DNA of 64,000 bases from an uncultured Alphaproteobacteria bacterium (GTDB lineage: Bacteria > Pseudomonadota > Alphaproteobacteria > Rhizobiales > Xanthobacteraceae), in NCBI GenBank assembly GCA_963822035.1, contig CAWGGC010000006.1, positions 360,478 to 424,477 on the forward strand. The letters are read 5' to 3'. The notes under the pieces are model-generated. The model searched no databases, had not been told where the DNA came from, and saw only the letters and a list, made by a program, of their open reading frames with translations. A program made the position numbers and the translations under genes. The number at the start of each line of letters is the position of its first letter. The stretch's first letter is position 1. This document shows, one piece after another, positions 54,719 to 64,000 of the stretch.

Positions 54719-55183
54719 TCAGTTGCCGCGCTCCTTGCCCAGCGCCGACCTCACGCCCTCGAGCTCTTGCGTCCACTCGCTGAGCCGTTCGGCCATGACG
54801 TCGTGCAGCTTCTTCGCCGCCGCCGGGTAGCCCTCCAGCATCTTCTTGAACAGGTTGCGCGAGATGCGCACGACCACGGTCGGCTCCTTGGCGATAGCGG
54901 TAGCCGGCGACACCATTTCGGTGAGCAGCGCAAGCTCGCCGATCAGCGCGCCGGGCCCGAGAGTGAGCTCGCGGCCCTCGAGCGGCGTCGCCGGCTCGAG
55001 CAGGATCGAGCCCTTCTGAATCAGATAGCCGCCTTCGGCGAGCTCGCCGGCATAGTACAGCACCGCGCCGCTCGGCAGGCTGCGGGTCTCGGCGCCAATC
55101 GCCAGCACGCGCAGCGCGTTCTTGCCGAGCACCGCGAGCGTCGGGCACTGCTCGAAGAAGGCGATGTCGTCTTCGAGGGACAT
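54719..55183 (-). CDS. Cyclic-nucleotide-binding-domain protein
   Basis: MSLEDDI, LRVLAIGAE, GPGALIGELALL, ATAIA. Confidence 0.82.
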   Translation of the reverse strand: MSLEDDIAFFEQCPTLAVLGKNALRVLAIGAETRSLPSGAVLYYAGELAEGGYLIQKGSILLEPATPLEGRELTLGPGALIGELALLTEMVSPATAIAKEPTVVVRISRNLFKKMLEGYPAAAKKLHDVMAERLSEWTQELEGVRSALGKERGN

Positions 55184-55193
55184 GGGTCCCCCT

Positions 55194-55298
55194 CGTCATT
55201 CCGGGACGCGAGCGAAGCGAGCGGACCCTGAAATCCATACTCCGCAGCGCCGGGATTATGGATTCCGGGTTCGCGCCTTCGGCGCGCGCCGGAATGAC
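55194..55298. repeat. Family B repeat
   Basis: cgtcattccggg...aatccata...tatggattccggg...ccggaatgac. Confidence 0.85.
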
Positions 55299-55312
55299 TT
55301 GGAGGAGATTTC

Positions 55313-55999
55313 TCACGGCACCAGCTTATAGCCGCCGGCTTCGGTCACCAGGATCGCCGGCGCGGCGGCGTCCTTCTCCACCTTCTGCCGCAGCCGGTAG
55401 ATGTGCGTCTCCAGCGTGTGCGTGGTGACGCCGGAATTGTAGCCCCACACTTCCTGCAGCAGCGTCTCGCGCGACACCGGCTTCTGCCCGGCGCGGTAGA
55501 GATAGCGCAGGATCGCGGTCTCCTTTTCGGTGAGCCGTACCTTGCCGCCCTTCGGATTGAGCAAGATCTTGGAGCTCGGCCGGAAGGTATAGGGCCCGAT
55601 AGCGAACACCGCGTCCTCGCTCGCCTCGTGCTGCCGCAGCTGCGCGCGGATGCGTGCCAGCAGCACAGCAAAGCGGAACGGCTTGGTGATGTAATCGTTG
55701 GCGCCGGACTCGAGCCCGAGAATGGTGTCCGAGTCGGTGTCGTGGCCGGTCAGCATGATGATCGGCGCCTTGAAGCCGTTCTTGCGCAGGATGCGCACCG
55801 CCTCGCGCCCGTCGACGTCGGGCAGGCCGACGTCCATGATGACGAGGTCGACCTGGCCGTTCTTGGCCGCCTGCACGCCCTTGGTTCCGCTGTCGACGGC
55901 GGTCGCCTCGAACTCGTCATAAAGCGCCAGTTGCTCGACCAGCGCCTCGCGCAGCTCGGTGTCGTCGTCGACAATCAGGATGGATCGCTTGTTGGGCAT
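55313..55999 (-). CDS. cenR: OmpR-family response regulator, probably a CenR orthologue
   Basis: IVDDD, MDVGLPD, GANDYITKPFR, winged helix WGYNSGVTTHTLETHIYRLRQK; no adjacent kinase. Family call is certain, orthology inferred. Confidence 0.72.
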   Translation of the reverse strand: MPNKRSILIVDDDTELREALVEQLALYDEFEATAVDSGTKGVQAAKNGQVDLVIMDVGLPDVDGREAVRILRKNGFKAPIIMLTGHDTDSDTILGLESGANDYITKPFRFAVLLARIRAQLRQHEASEDAVFAIGPYTFRPSSKILLNPKGGKVRLTEKETAILRYLYRAGQKPVSRETLLQEVWGYNSGVTTHTLETHIYRLRQKVEKDAAAPAILVTEAGGYKLVP

Positions 56000-56095
56000 C
56001 GCCTAAAAGCCCCGCTGTGGGTGCGAAGTAGAACATTCGACGCTAAAAGAGCAAGGGGCGGAACCTATCTAACCGCGAAACCGGGGTTTTCCAGT

Positions 56096-56638
56096 ATGGC
56101 GCGGGCACGGCGCGAAATATCGTTGCGGCGCCTGCACGTCCGGCGCAAGCCGGCGCAGGCCTCGCGCGGCGTGCTCGCCGCCGGGGCGCTGGCGCTGCCG
56201 GTCGCGCTCGGCCGGGGCGGCATCAAGGCCAACAAGCGCGAGGGCGATGGCGCGACGCCGCGCGGCGTCTTCCGGCTCAAGCGGCTGTGGTGGCGCGCCG
56301 ACCGTCACCCGCGTCCGCCGACGCGGCTGCCGGTCCGCCGCATCGAGGCGCGCGACGGCTGGTGCGAGGACCCGCGCGACCGCAACTACAACAAGCCGGT
56401 TCACGTTGCGCCGCAATCGAACGCCGACCGGCTGCGGCGCCAGGACGACCTCTACGATTTCATCGTCGAGCTCGACCACAACACGCGGCCGCGCATCGCC
56501 GGCCGCGGCAGCGCCGTGTTCATCCATGTGGCGCGGCCGGGCTTTGCCCCGACCGCGGGCTGCATCGCGCTCGAACACGCGGCGCTTCGCCGTCTGCTTG
56601 CACGGCTCGGGCCGCACACGCGCATCATGGTTGACTGA
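56096..56638 (+). CDS. L,D-transpeptidase-like (COG3786/YkuD) protein without signal peptide
   Basis: ALGRGG...KREGDGATP, GWCEDP...YN, GSAVFIH...PTAGCIA. Confidence 0.82.
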   Translation: MARARREISLRRLHVRRKPAQASRGVLAAGALALPVALGRGGIKANKREGDGATPRGVFRLKRLWWRADRHPRPPTRLPVRRIEARDGWCEDPRDRNYNKPVHVAPQSNADRLRRQDDLYDFIVELDHNTRPRIAGRGSAVFIHVARPGFAPTAGCIALEHAALRRLLARLGPHTRIMVD

Positions 56639-56799
56639 TCGTTACCGCCACGCCGGCGGATACCTTCGGTTAAGCATCAGATCGAAACGCCGCCCCGGTA
56701 ACCGCGGCATTAATTCACGTGGAATGCCCTGTTGATAGTTTAAACATCGGTGCCGCGTCTTGCGCGGCAGCCCGATAAGAAAACTCGAGTGGGGCGAAG

Positions 56800-58740
56800 A
56801 TGAAATCGACAATCACACGCGATCCGCCGCCGGCCGCGCCGGGCATCAATGAAATGCTCGGCCGCGTGATCGCGGTCACCGGCTCGCAGGCGACCATCGA
56901 GCTCGCCGCGCGCATGCAAGGCGGCGAGAAGCCGACCGTCGGCAAGTTCGTCGGCCTCGTCACCGGGCAGACGCTTATCGTCGGCATGGTCACCGAGATC
57001 GGCGAGCAGCCGGGCAGCGGCGGCACGTTCCGCAAGACCGCCAAGCTCGACCTCGTCGGCGACATCCGTACCGCGCCGCCCAACGCCGGCCGCTTTCAGC
57101 GCGGCGTCGCCGAATATCCGAGCATCGGCGACAGCGCCGTGCTGCTCAGCGAGAATGACCTGCGCGTCGTCTACGGCGCCGCCAATTCCGATCACGCCAA
57201 AATCGGCGACCTGCAGCAGAACACCGACATCGGCGTCGCAATCGACATCGACAACCTGGTGAGCCGCCACTTCGCCGTGCTCGGCGCCACCGGCGTCGGC
57301 AAGTCGAGCGGCGTCGCCATCATCCTGCAGAAGATTCTCGAGACGCGCCCGAACCTGCGCATCTTCCTGGTCGATCCGCACAATGAATACGGCCGCTGCT
57401 TCGGCGACAAGGCGCAAGTCTTGACGCCGCGCAACCTGCGCCTGCCGTTCTGGCTGTTCAATTTCGAGGAAATCATCGACGCCTTCTTCGGCGGCCGTCC
57501 CGGCGTCGAGGAGGAAGTCGAGATTCTCTCCGACGTCATTCCGCTCGCCAAGGCGGCCTATCTGCAATACCGCTCCGGTACCCCCGAGCGCGCGACGCTC
57601 GCCAAGCGCAAGGACCCGCGCGACGCCGGCTTCACCGCCGACACGCCGGTGCCCTACCGCATCGAGGACCTCATCAACCTGCTCGACGAGCGCATGGGCA
57701 AGCTCGACGCGCGTGGCCAGCGCGTCACCATCCACCGCCTGATGACGCGCATCCAGACCTTCCGCAATCATCCGCGCTACGCCTTCATGTTCGAGAACGC
57801 CAACATCGGCGGCGACACCATGGCGGAGATTCTCGGCAATCTGTTCCGCCTGCCGCCGAACGGCAAGCCGATGACCATCATGCAGCTCGCCGGCTTCCCG
57901 GCCGAGGTGATCAACTCGGTGGTGTCGGTGCTCTGCCGCATGGCCTTCGACTTCGGCCTGTGGAGCGACGGCGTGGCGCCCTTGCTGTTCGTCTGCGAGG
58001 AGGCGCACCGCTACGCCCCCGCCGACAAGAAGATCGGCTTCGGCCCGACCCGCCGCGCGCTGTCGCGCATCGCCAAGGAAGGCCGCAAATACGGCGTGTT
58101 CCTCGGCCTCGTCACGCAGCGCCCGGCCGAAATCGACCCGACCATCATTTCGCAGTGCTCGACCTTGTTCTGCATGCGCTTGTCGAACGACGCCGACCAG
58201 ACGCTGATCCGCTCGGCGGTGTCGGACGCCGCGCTGAACCTGTTGTCGTTTATCCCCTCGCTCGGCGTGCGCGAGGTGTTTACCTTCGGCCCCGGCGTCG
58301 CCGTGCCGACGCGCATGCGCTTCAGCGAGATCCCGGAAAGCATGCGGCCGAACAGCGAAGCCGCGGGCAGCACCCGCTCCGACGCCGGCAGCACTGTCAG
58401 CCGCGACCTCATCGCCGGCGTGATCGACCGCTGGCGCAGCGCCACCATGAGCCACCGCAGCGGCGACGAAGATTTCGGCGACTACGCGTCGCCGCTCGAC
58501 GCACCGGCCTTGCAGCCCTCCGCGGTCCCGCCGCCGATGCCCGCGGCGCCACCGCCGCCGACGCGCGTTGCACCGACGCTTGCGCCCGCGCACCGCCCAC
58601 CGCCGACGCCGCCCGGCGCTCCGCCGCCGCGGCCGAGCGTGCTGCGCAAGCCGCTCGAAGGCGGCAGCCCCTATCCGCTGTCGAATACGGCGCCGCCCGC
58701 CTCGCCGGGTTCGCCGGGCTTCCCGTCGCGGTTCAAGTGA
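56800..58740 (+). CDS. HerA/FtsK-superfamily ATPase (DUF87/DUF853) with Pro-rich tail
   Basis: HAS-barrel-like N-terminus; HFAVLGATGVGKS; VCEEAHRY; IAKEGRKYG; TQRP. Confidence 0.88.
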   Translation: MKSTITRDPPPAAPGINEMLGRVIAVTGSQATIELAARMQGGEKPTVGKFVGLVTGQTLIVGMVTEIGEQPGSGGTFRKTAKLDLVGDIRTAPPNAGRFQRGVAEYPSIGDSAVLLSENDLRVVYGAANSDHAKIGDLQQNTDIGVAIDIDNLVSRHFAVLGATGVGKSSGVAIILQKILETRPNLRIFLVDPHNEYGRCFGDKAQVLTPRNLRLPFWLFNFEEIIDAFFGGRPGVEEEVEILSDVIPLAKAAYLQYRSGTPERATLAKRKDPRDAGFTADTPVPYRIEDLINLLDERMGKLDARGQRVTIHRLMTRIQTFRNHPRYAFMFENANIGGDTMAEILGNLFRLPPNGKPMTIMQLAGFPAEVINSVVSVLCRMAFDFGLWSDGVAPLLFVCEEAHRYAPADKKIGFGPTRRALSRIAKEGRKYGVFLGLVTQRPAEIDPTIISQCSTLFCMRLSNDADQTLIRSAVSDAALNLLSFIPSLGVREVFTFGPGVAVPTRMRFSEIPESMRPNSEAAGSTRSDAGSTVSRDLIAGVIDRWRSATMSHRSGDEDFGDYASPLDAPALQPSAVPPPMPAAPPPPTRVAPTLAPAHRPPPTPPGAPPPRPSVLRKPLEGGSPYPLSNTAPPASPGSPGFPSRFK

Positions 58741-58746
58741 TGTCCT

Positions 58747-58787
58747 TGGATTCCGGGTCCGGCGCGAATGCGCCGTCCCGGAATGAC
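58747..58787. repeat. Family B half-element
   Basis: tggattccgggtccggcgcgaatgcgccgtcccggaatgac, right arm only. Confidence 0.78.
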
Positions 58788-58791
58788 TTCG

Positions 58792-59406
58792 TCACTTCCG
58801 GCCAACCAGATCGATGAGCGCCGACATGCCGACGTGCCGGCTGCCTTCGGCAATGTCGGTGTCGTACTCGCGGATGTCGAGCGAGGACAAATCGGCGAAC
58901 GTCTTTTCCAGGAGCTCGCGCGTATAGAGCCGGCCGATGTCGGACGGCCCGCCGGTCTTGTACGCGAGCTGCTTGGGCCCATAGCCCTCGAGCAGCAGCA
59001 GGCCGCCGGGTTTCAACGCGCGCTTCATGCCGGCAAATATCTTGTCGCGCTCGGGCGGCGCGGCGAACTGGATGAAGATCGCCGCCACCACGTCGAACGC
59101 GTTCTCCGGCCAATTCCAATTGGCCATGTCGGCCTGCTCGACGCGCAAAGTCACGCCGCGCTCCTTCGCCAGGGCCTTGGCCTTGTCCTGCGCCAGCGGC
59201 GAAATGTCGACCGAAAGCACGTCGAGGCCCTGCTCGGCGAGGAACACGCCGTTGCGTCCCTCGCCGTCGGCAACCGCCAGCGCCTTGCCGCTCTTCGGCA
59301 GCAACGGCACGTGCGCTTTCAGGAACGCATTCGGCGCCTTGCCGAACAGATAGCCGGGCTCGGCAAAGCGCTTCTGCCAGTGCTCGAAGTCAGGATTGTG
59401 GTTCAT
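58792..59406 (-). CDS. Class I SAM-dependent methyltransferase (TehB-like)
   Basis: YLFGKAPNAFL, ADGEGRNGVFLA, LKPGGLLLLEGY. Confidence 0.88.
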   Translation of the reverse strand: MNHNPDFEHWQKRFAEPGYLFGKAPNAFLKAHVPLLPKSGKALAVADGEGRNGVFLAEQGLDVLSVDISPLAQDKAKALAKERGVTLRVEQADMANWNWPENAFDVVAAIFIQFAAPPERDKIFAGMKRALKPGGLLLLEGYGPKQLAYKTGGPSDIGRLYTRELLEKTFADLSSLDIREYDTDIAEGSRHVGMSALIDLVGRK

Positions 59407-60184
59407 GCGCGCGCGCTCCGAAAATGGCACTGCCGACGCGCACGTGCGTGGCGCCGAGCTCGATCGCCGTCGTGTAATCCGCGCTCATGCCCATCGACAA
59501 GAGCGACAAGCCGTTGCGCTTGGCGATCTTGGCGGTGAGCGCAAAATGCGGCGCCGGCGCTTCTGTAAACGGCGGGATGCACATCAGCCCGGCAATCGTC
59601 AGGCCGTATTTGTCGCGGCAGGCCGCGAGAAAGGCGTCGGCATCTTGCGGCAGCACGCCGGCTTTCTGCGGCTCGGCGCCGGTGTTGATCTCGACGAACA
59701 GCAGCGGCCGCCGTTGCTGCTTAGCGATCTCCTTCGCCAGCGCCTCGCACAAGCTCGGCCGATCGACCGCATGAATGGCGTCGAACAGCGCCACCGCTTC
59801 CTTGGCCTTGTTCGATTGCAGCGGGCCGATGAGATGCAGTTCGATTTTTTTCTTTACCTCCCCCTGCAAGGGGGAGGTCGGCTTGCGGAGCAAGCCGGGT
59901 GGGGATCTATCTGCGACCCCCTCCCCAACCCTCCCCCGCAAGGGGGGAGGGAGTTCATTGTATTTCGCCATCAGTTGCGGCCATTTCGCCTTGGCCTCCT
60001 GCACGCGATTCTCGCCGAACACGCGCTGGCCGGCGGCAATCACCGGTTCGATCGCGTCGGCGGCGAAGGTCTTCGACACCGCGACCAGCGTCACCGAGGC
60101 CGGATCGCGGCGCGCGTCGCGGCAGGCCCGCGCGATCTCGGCGCGGACCTGCTCAAGGCCGGTTGCATATGTCGTGGATTGCAT
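59390..60184 (-). CDS. yggS: PLP homeostasis protein with an in-frame repeat-derived insertion of about 36-38 aa
   Basis: LVAVSKT, FGENRVQE, LHLIGPLQSNK, GLMCIPP, LSMGMSAD, GATHVRVGSAIFG. Confidence 0.93.
   Translation of the reverse strand: MQSTTYATGLEQVRAEIARACRDARRDPASVTLVAVSKTFAADAIEPVIAAGQRVFGENRVQEAKAKWPQLMAKYNELPPPLRGRVGEGVADRSPPGLLRKPTSPLQGEVKKKIELHLIGPLQSNKAKEAVALFDAIHAVDRPSLCEALAKEIAKQQRRPLLFVEINTGAEPQKAGVLPQDADAFLAACRDKYGLTIAGLMCIPPFTEAPAPHFALTAKIAKRNGLSLLSMGMSADYTTAIELGATHVRVGSAIFGARAHEPQS
59851..59953. repeat. Family A repeat inside yggS
   Basis: tctttacctccccctgcaagggggaggtcg...ccccaaccctcccccgcaaggggggagggag. Confidence 0.92.
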
Positions 60185-60212
60185 GCGCTACAACAATTAG
60201 ACGCCCACACAG

Positions 60213-60461
60213 CTAATCGGAGGTTATGTCCTCGAGACGCACGCCGCGGCCGGCCCGCAAGCTCGCACGCGCCGCTTCAATGCGCTCGCGGAATCGCGGA
60301 TCGTTTTCCAGGCGGTAGTCGAACCAGTCGTCTTCCAACTCAAACCCGATCAGAATTCCTGCCGGTTTGCCGTGCCTGGTTATGACGACATCTTGTGTCT
60401 CGGCGAGACGCAGGAAGTGCGAGAGGTCGTCTTTCACCTCCGACAGCGGAACCTGCTTCAT
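60213..60461 (-). CDS. Phd/YefM-family antitoxin
   Basis: MKQVPLSEVKDDLS..LR.AE..DVVITRHGKPAGILI; ATGA overlap with the toxin stop. Confidence 0.85.
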   Translation of the reverse strand: MKQVPLSEVKDDLSHFLRLAETQDVVITRHGKPAGILIGFELEDDWFDYRLENDPRFRERIEAARASLRAGRGVRLEDITSD

Positions 60462-60751
60462 GCCCGATTTGCGAATTGTGCCAGCCATTGCTCGGCCTCC
60501 GATTTGGCGACGATCGCCAGAACTTCGACATTCACGCCCAAAAGATCATAAAACACCCGCACCTCGCCGACGCGCAGGCGGTATTGCGGCCGATGAACTC
60601 CGCGCAGGCGCTTGATGCGGCTGCGGCTCACCTTTTGCGGCTCGTGGCGAAGGTGCTTCTCCAGCGCATCCTTGATCTCGGCGTGGATATTGGCCTTGAA
60701 CCGTTTCAGGTCCTCGACCGCCTCCGGCGCCAGGACGATCTCATAGCGCAT
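60458..60751 (-). CDS. RelE/ParE-family toxin
   Basis: YEIVLAPEAVEDLK, IKRLRG, YRLRVGEVRVFY. Confidence 0.87.
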   Translation of the reverse strand: MRYEIVLAPEAVEDLKRFKANIHAEIKDALEKHLRHEPQKVSRSRIKRLRGVHRPQYRLRVGEVRVFYDLLGVNVEVLAIVAKSEAEQWLAQFANRA

Positions 60752-60787
60752 TCTGGCTAGAATATAGCCAGAATTCTAGACCGTCAA
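60750..60787 (-). promoter_or_regulatory. Sigma70 promoter and palindromic operator of the TA operon (probably a leaderless transcript)
   Basis: Minus strand TTGACG-N17-TATTCT-N7-ATG; inverted repeat attctggcta-N5-tagccagaat (60750-60774) over the -10 box and start codon. Confidence 0.72.
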
Positions 60788-60876
60788 TTAACCCCGGCCG
60801 TGCCGCCCCCGCGGCCCGCCGGTTGACCCTCAAAGCTCTTTCATGTCAGGTCCGCGCACCTTAAAAAGTGCCGCAA

Positions 60877-63661
60877 ATGACCGTCGAATCGCAGAAAAAC
60901 GAGCGCGCCGACCGCTATAACGCCCGCGAGGCCGAATCCCGCTGGCAGCGCGTCTGGGCCGAGCGCGAGATCTTCGCCACCAGGAACGACGACCCGCGGC
61001 CGAAATATTACGTGCTGGAGATGTTCCCCTACCCGTCGGGGCGCATCCACATGGGCCACGTGCGCAATTACACCATGGGCGACGTGGTCGCGCGCTTCAA
61101 ACGCGCCATGGGCAACGCCGTGCTGCACCCGATGGGCTGGGACGCCTTCGGCCTGCCGGCGGAGAACGCCGCGGTCGACCGCAAGGTGCATCCGCGTGAA
61201 TGGACCTACGCCAACATCGCGGCGATGAAAAAGCAGCTGCAGTCGATGGGACTGTCGCTCGACTGGGCGCGCGAGATCGCGACCTGCGATCCCGCCTACT
61301 ACAAACACCAGCAGAAGATGTTCCTCGACTTCCGGGACGCGGGCCTGGTCGCGCGCGAATATCGCAAGGTGAATTGGGATCCGGTCGACCACACCGTGCT
61401 GGCGAACGAGCAGGTGATCGACGGCCGCGGCTGGCGTTCGGGCGCCGTGGTCGAGCTGCGCGATCTTTATCAGTGGGTGTTCAAGATCAGCGACTACTCG
61501 GAGGAGCTGCTCGAGGCGCTCGACACGCTCGACCGCTGGCCCGACAAAGTGAAGCTGATGCAGAAGAACTGGATCGGCCGCTCCGAAGGCCTGCTGGTCC
61601 GCTTCGCGCTCGATGCCGCGACCGTGCCGAACGGCGAGAGCGAACTGGAGATTTTCACGACGCGCCCCGACACTTTGTTCGGCGCCAAGTTCATGGCGAT
61701 CTCGCCCGATCATCCGCTCGCCGCTGCCGCGGCGGCGAAGAATCCGAAGCTCGCCGCCTTCATCGAGCAGTGCCATCACATGGGCACCTCGCAGGCCGCG
61801 ATCGACACCGCCGAGAAGATGGGCTTCGACACCGGCATCCGCGCCGTGCATCCATTCGATGCATCATGGAAGCTGCCGGTCTATGTCGCCAACTTCATCC
61901 TCATGGAATACGGCACCGGCGCCATCTTCGGCTGCCCGGCGCACGACCAGCGCGACCTCGATTTCGTCAACAAATACGGCCTCGGCAACACGCCGGTGGT
62001 GCTGCCGCCGGGCCAGGAGCCTGCGACCTTCATCATCACCGACACCGCCTATGACGGCGAAGGCACCATGATCAATTCGCGCTTTCTCGATGGGCTCACC
62101 ATCGCGCAGGCCAAAGAGGAAGTGGCGAAGCGACTGGAGAATTCTTCTTTACCTCCCCTTGAAAAGGGGCAGGTCGGCGGCCCGAAGGCCGCCGGGTGGG
62201 GATCAGCGGTGATCGGCCGATCCCCCCCCAACCCTCCCCTTTCAAGGGGAGGGAGAGCAGGCGCCTGCGCAAGGTTCAAACACCGCTCCCGTCGCGCAGC
62301 GCCAGGTCAATTACCGCCTGCGCGACTGGGGCATTTCGCGCCAGCGCTACTGGGGCTGCCCGATCCCGGTGATCCACTGCGACACGTGCGGCGTGGTGCC
62401 TGTGCCCGAACAGGACCTGCCGGTGACGCTGCCGGACGACGTCACCTTCGACAAGCCGGGCAACCCGCTCGACCACCACCCGACCTGGAAGCACGTCACG
62501 TGCCCGAGCTGCGGCGGCAAGGCCACGCGCGAGACCGACACCATGGACACCTTCGTCGACTCGTCCTGGTACTTCGTCCGCTTCACCGATCCGTGGATCA
62601 AGACGTCGCCGACCGACCGCGAGATGGCGGACGACTGGATGCCAGTCGACCAGTACATCGGCGGCATCGAGCACGCCATCCTGCACTTGCTCTACTCGCG
62701 CTTCTTCACGCGCGGCATGAAGAAGTGCGGCTACATCGACATGGACGAGCCGTTCGCCGGCCTGTTCACCCAAGGCATGGTGGTGCACGAGACCTACCGC
62801 ACCAAGAGCGGCGATTGGGTCGAGCCGGCCAACGTCAAAATCGAAGGCAAAATCGGCGACTTGGGCGACGCGCGCCATGCCGTGCTGGCCTCGACCGGCG
62901 AGGCCGTAGAGATCGGCTCGATCGAAAAGATGTCGAAGTCGAAGAAGAACACCATCGACCCCGACGACATCATCGGCGCCTACGGCGCCGACACCGCGCG
63001 CTGGTTCATGCTGTCGAACTCGCCGCCCGAGCGCGACGTGATCTGGACCGAGGAAGGCGTGCAGGGTGCCTGGCGCTTCGTGCAGCGGCTGTGGCGGCTG
63101 GTCGGCGAGATCGCCGACATCAAGGCGCCGGCGGCGCGGCCCGCCTCGTTCGACGCCGAGGCGCTGACCGTGCGCAAAGCGGCGCACCGCGCCCTCGCCA
63201 ATGTTTCCGACGACATCGACAAGCTGCGCTTCAACCGCTGCGTCGCCCACATCTACGAATTCGCCAACGCGCTGTCCGAGGCGCTCGGCAAGGCAGAGCA
63301 AGCGCCGTCGCCGGATTTTGCCTGGGCCTTGCGCGAATCGGGGGACATCCTGGTGCGGCTGTTCCATCCGATGATGCCGCATCTGGCCGAGGAATGCTGG
63401 GCGGCGCTCGGCCACTCGGGCCTGGTCGCCGCCGAGGCCTGGCCGCGGCTCGAGCCGGATTTGCTGGTCGAAACCAGCATCACCCTGCCGGTGCAGATCA
63501 ACGGCAAGAAGCGCGCCGAGGTCACCGTCGCCCGCGACGCCGGCAAGGACGCGGTTGAGGCTGCCGTTTTAACCCTCGATGAGGTAAAAAAGGCGCTCGA
63601 CGGCAAGAGCCCGAAAAAGGTCATTGTCGTCCCGCAGAGGATCGTCAATGTGGTGGTCTAG
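60877..63661 (+). CDS. leuS: Leucyl-tRNA synthetase with a repeat insertion; +1 frame change within the insert
   Basis: [48 protein letters not shown]. Confidence 0.96.
62146..62255. repeat. Family A repeat inside leuS
   Basis: tctttacctccccttgaaaaggggcaggtcggc...gccgggtggggatc...ccccaaccctcccctttcaaggggaggga. Confidence 0.9.
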
Positions 63662-64000
63662 CCGCCTGCCCGGTTTGCTGCTCGTGCTGGCGCTCGCCGC
63701 TCCGCTCGGCGGCTGCTTCGAGCCGATGTACGGTTCGGCGACCGTGGTGCCGACCGCCGGCCTCGGCAACCGGCTGTCCGGCGTCGAGGTTGCGCCGCTC
63801 GATCAGGCCAACGTGCCGAACGGCACGCGGCTTGCCCGCGTCGGCACCAGCATCCGCAACGACCTGATGTTCGACCTGACCGGCGGCGGCCCGAGCGCGG
63901 CCCCGACGCACCGCCTCGAGATCAAACTCACTTCGACCCTCAACGAAATCGTCGTCGACATCAACACCAACCGGCCCGACGTCGAGAATTACGGCATCAA
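63648..64000 (+). CDS. lptE: LPS-assembly lipoprotein LptE (3'-truncated by window)
   Basis: MWWSSR...lipobox [10 protein letters not shown]; IRNDLMFDL; start overlaps the leuS end, typical leuS-lptE synteny. Confidence 0.8.
   Translation, partial: MWWSSRLPGLLLVLALAAPLGGCFEPMYGSATVVPTAGLGNRLSGVEVAPLDQANVPNGTRLARVGTSIRNDLMFDLTGGGPSAAPTHRLEIKLTSTLNEIVVDINTNRPDVENYGI

Noticed and set aside
56660-56745. CtrA site upstream of the HerA-like gene
   Set aside because: Only half-sites and a TTAA-N8-TTAC arrangement; the spacing does not match N7.

Overview
High-GC chromosomal segment of an alphaproteobacterium of the Hyphomicrobiales, probably Xanthobacteraceae/Nitrobacteraceae-like (inferred from gene content, synteny and CtrA boxes). 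The left ~13 kb is accessory: a NitT/TauT-type ABC importer, an alpha/beta hydrolase, an M24-fold enzyme, RidA, a PcaB-like lyase, an MFS, an interrupted PP-loop/QueC-like gene, a pair of ParA/MinD-like paralogues, a cupin and a Sel1 protein. The rest is mostly core: tRNA-Thr, hemY/COG4223/hemD/hemC, tsaD, gpsA, acs, rsmB-like, purH, NAD-GDH, ggt, tRNA-Gly, a CnoX-like thioredoxin, a ubiquinone hydroxylase, tesB, two glnK-amtB pairs, ftsK, lolA, xth, a CenR-like regulator, a HerA-like ATPase, yggS, a RelE/Phd toxin-antitoxin pair, leuS and lptE. Many genes, including essential ones, carry single-base indels, most likely sequencing/assembly errors. The most striking signal is about 20 short palindromic repeats from at least five families. 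One family is inserted inside the coding sequences of yggS (in frame) and leuS. Two ~36-44-nt hairpin modules are nested in the loops of other repeats, one of them in three different host families. No transposase or mobilising nuclease is visible in the window. All calls come from reading the sequence and the ORF track; no searches were run.
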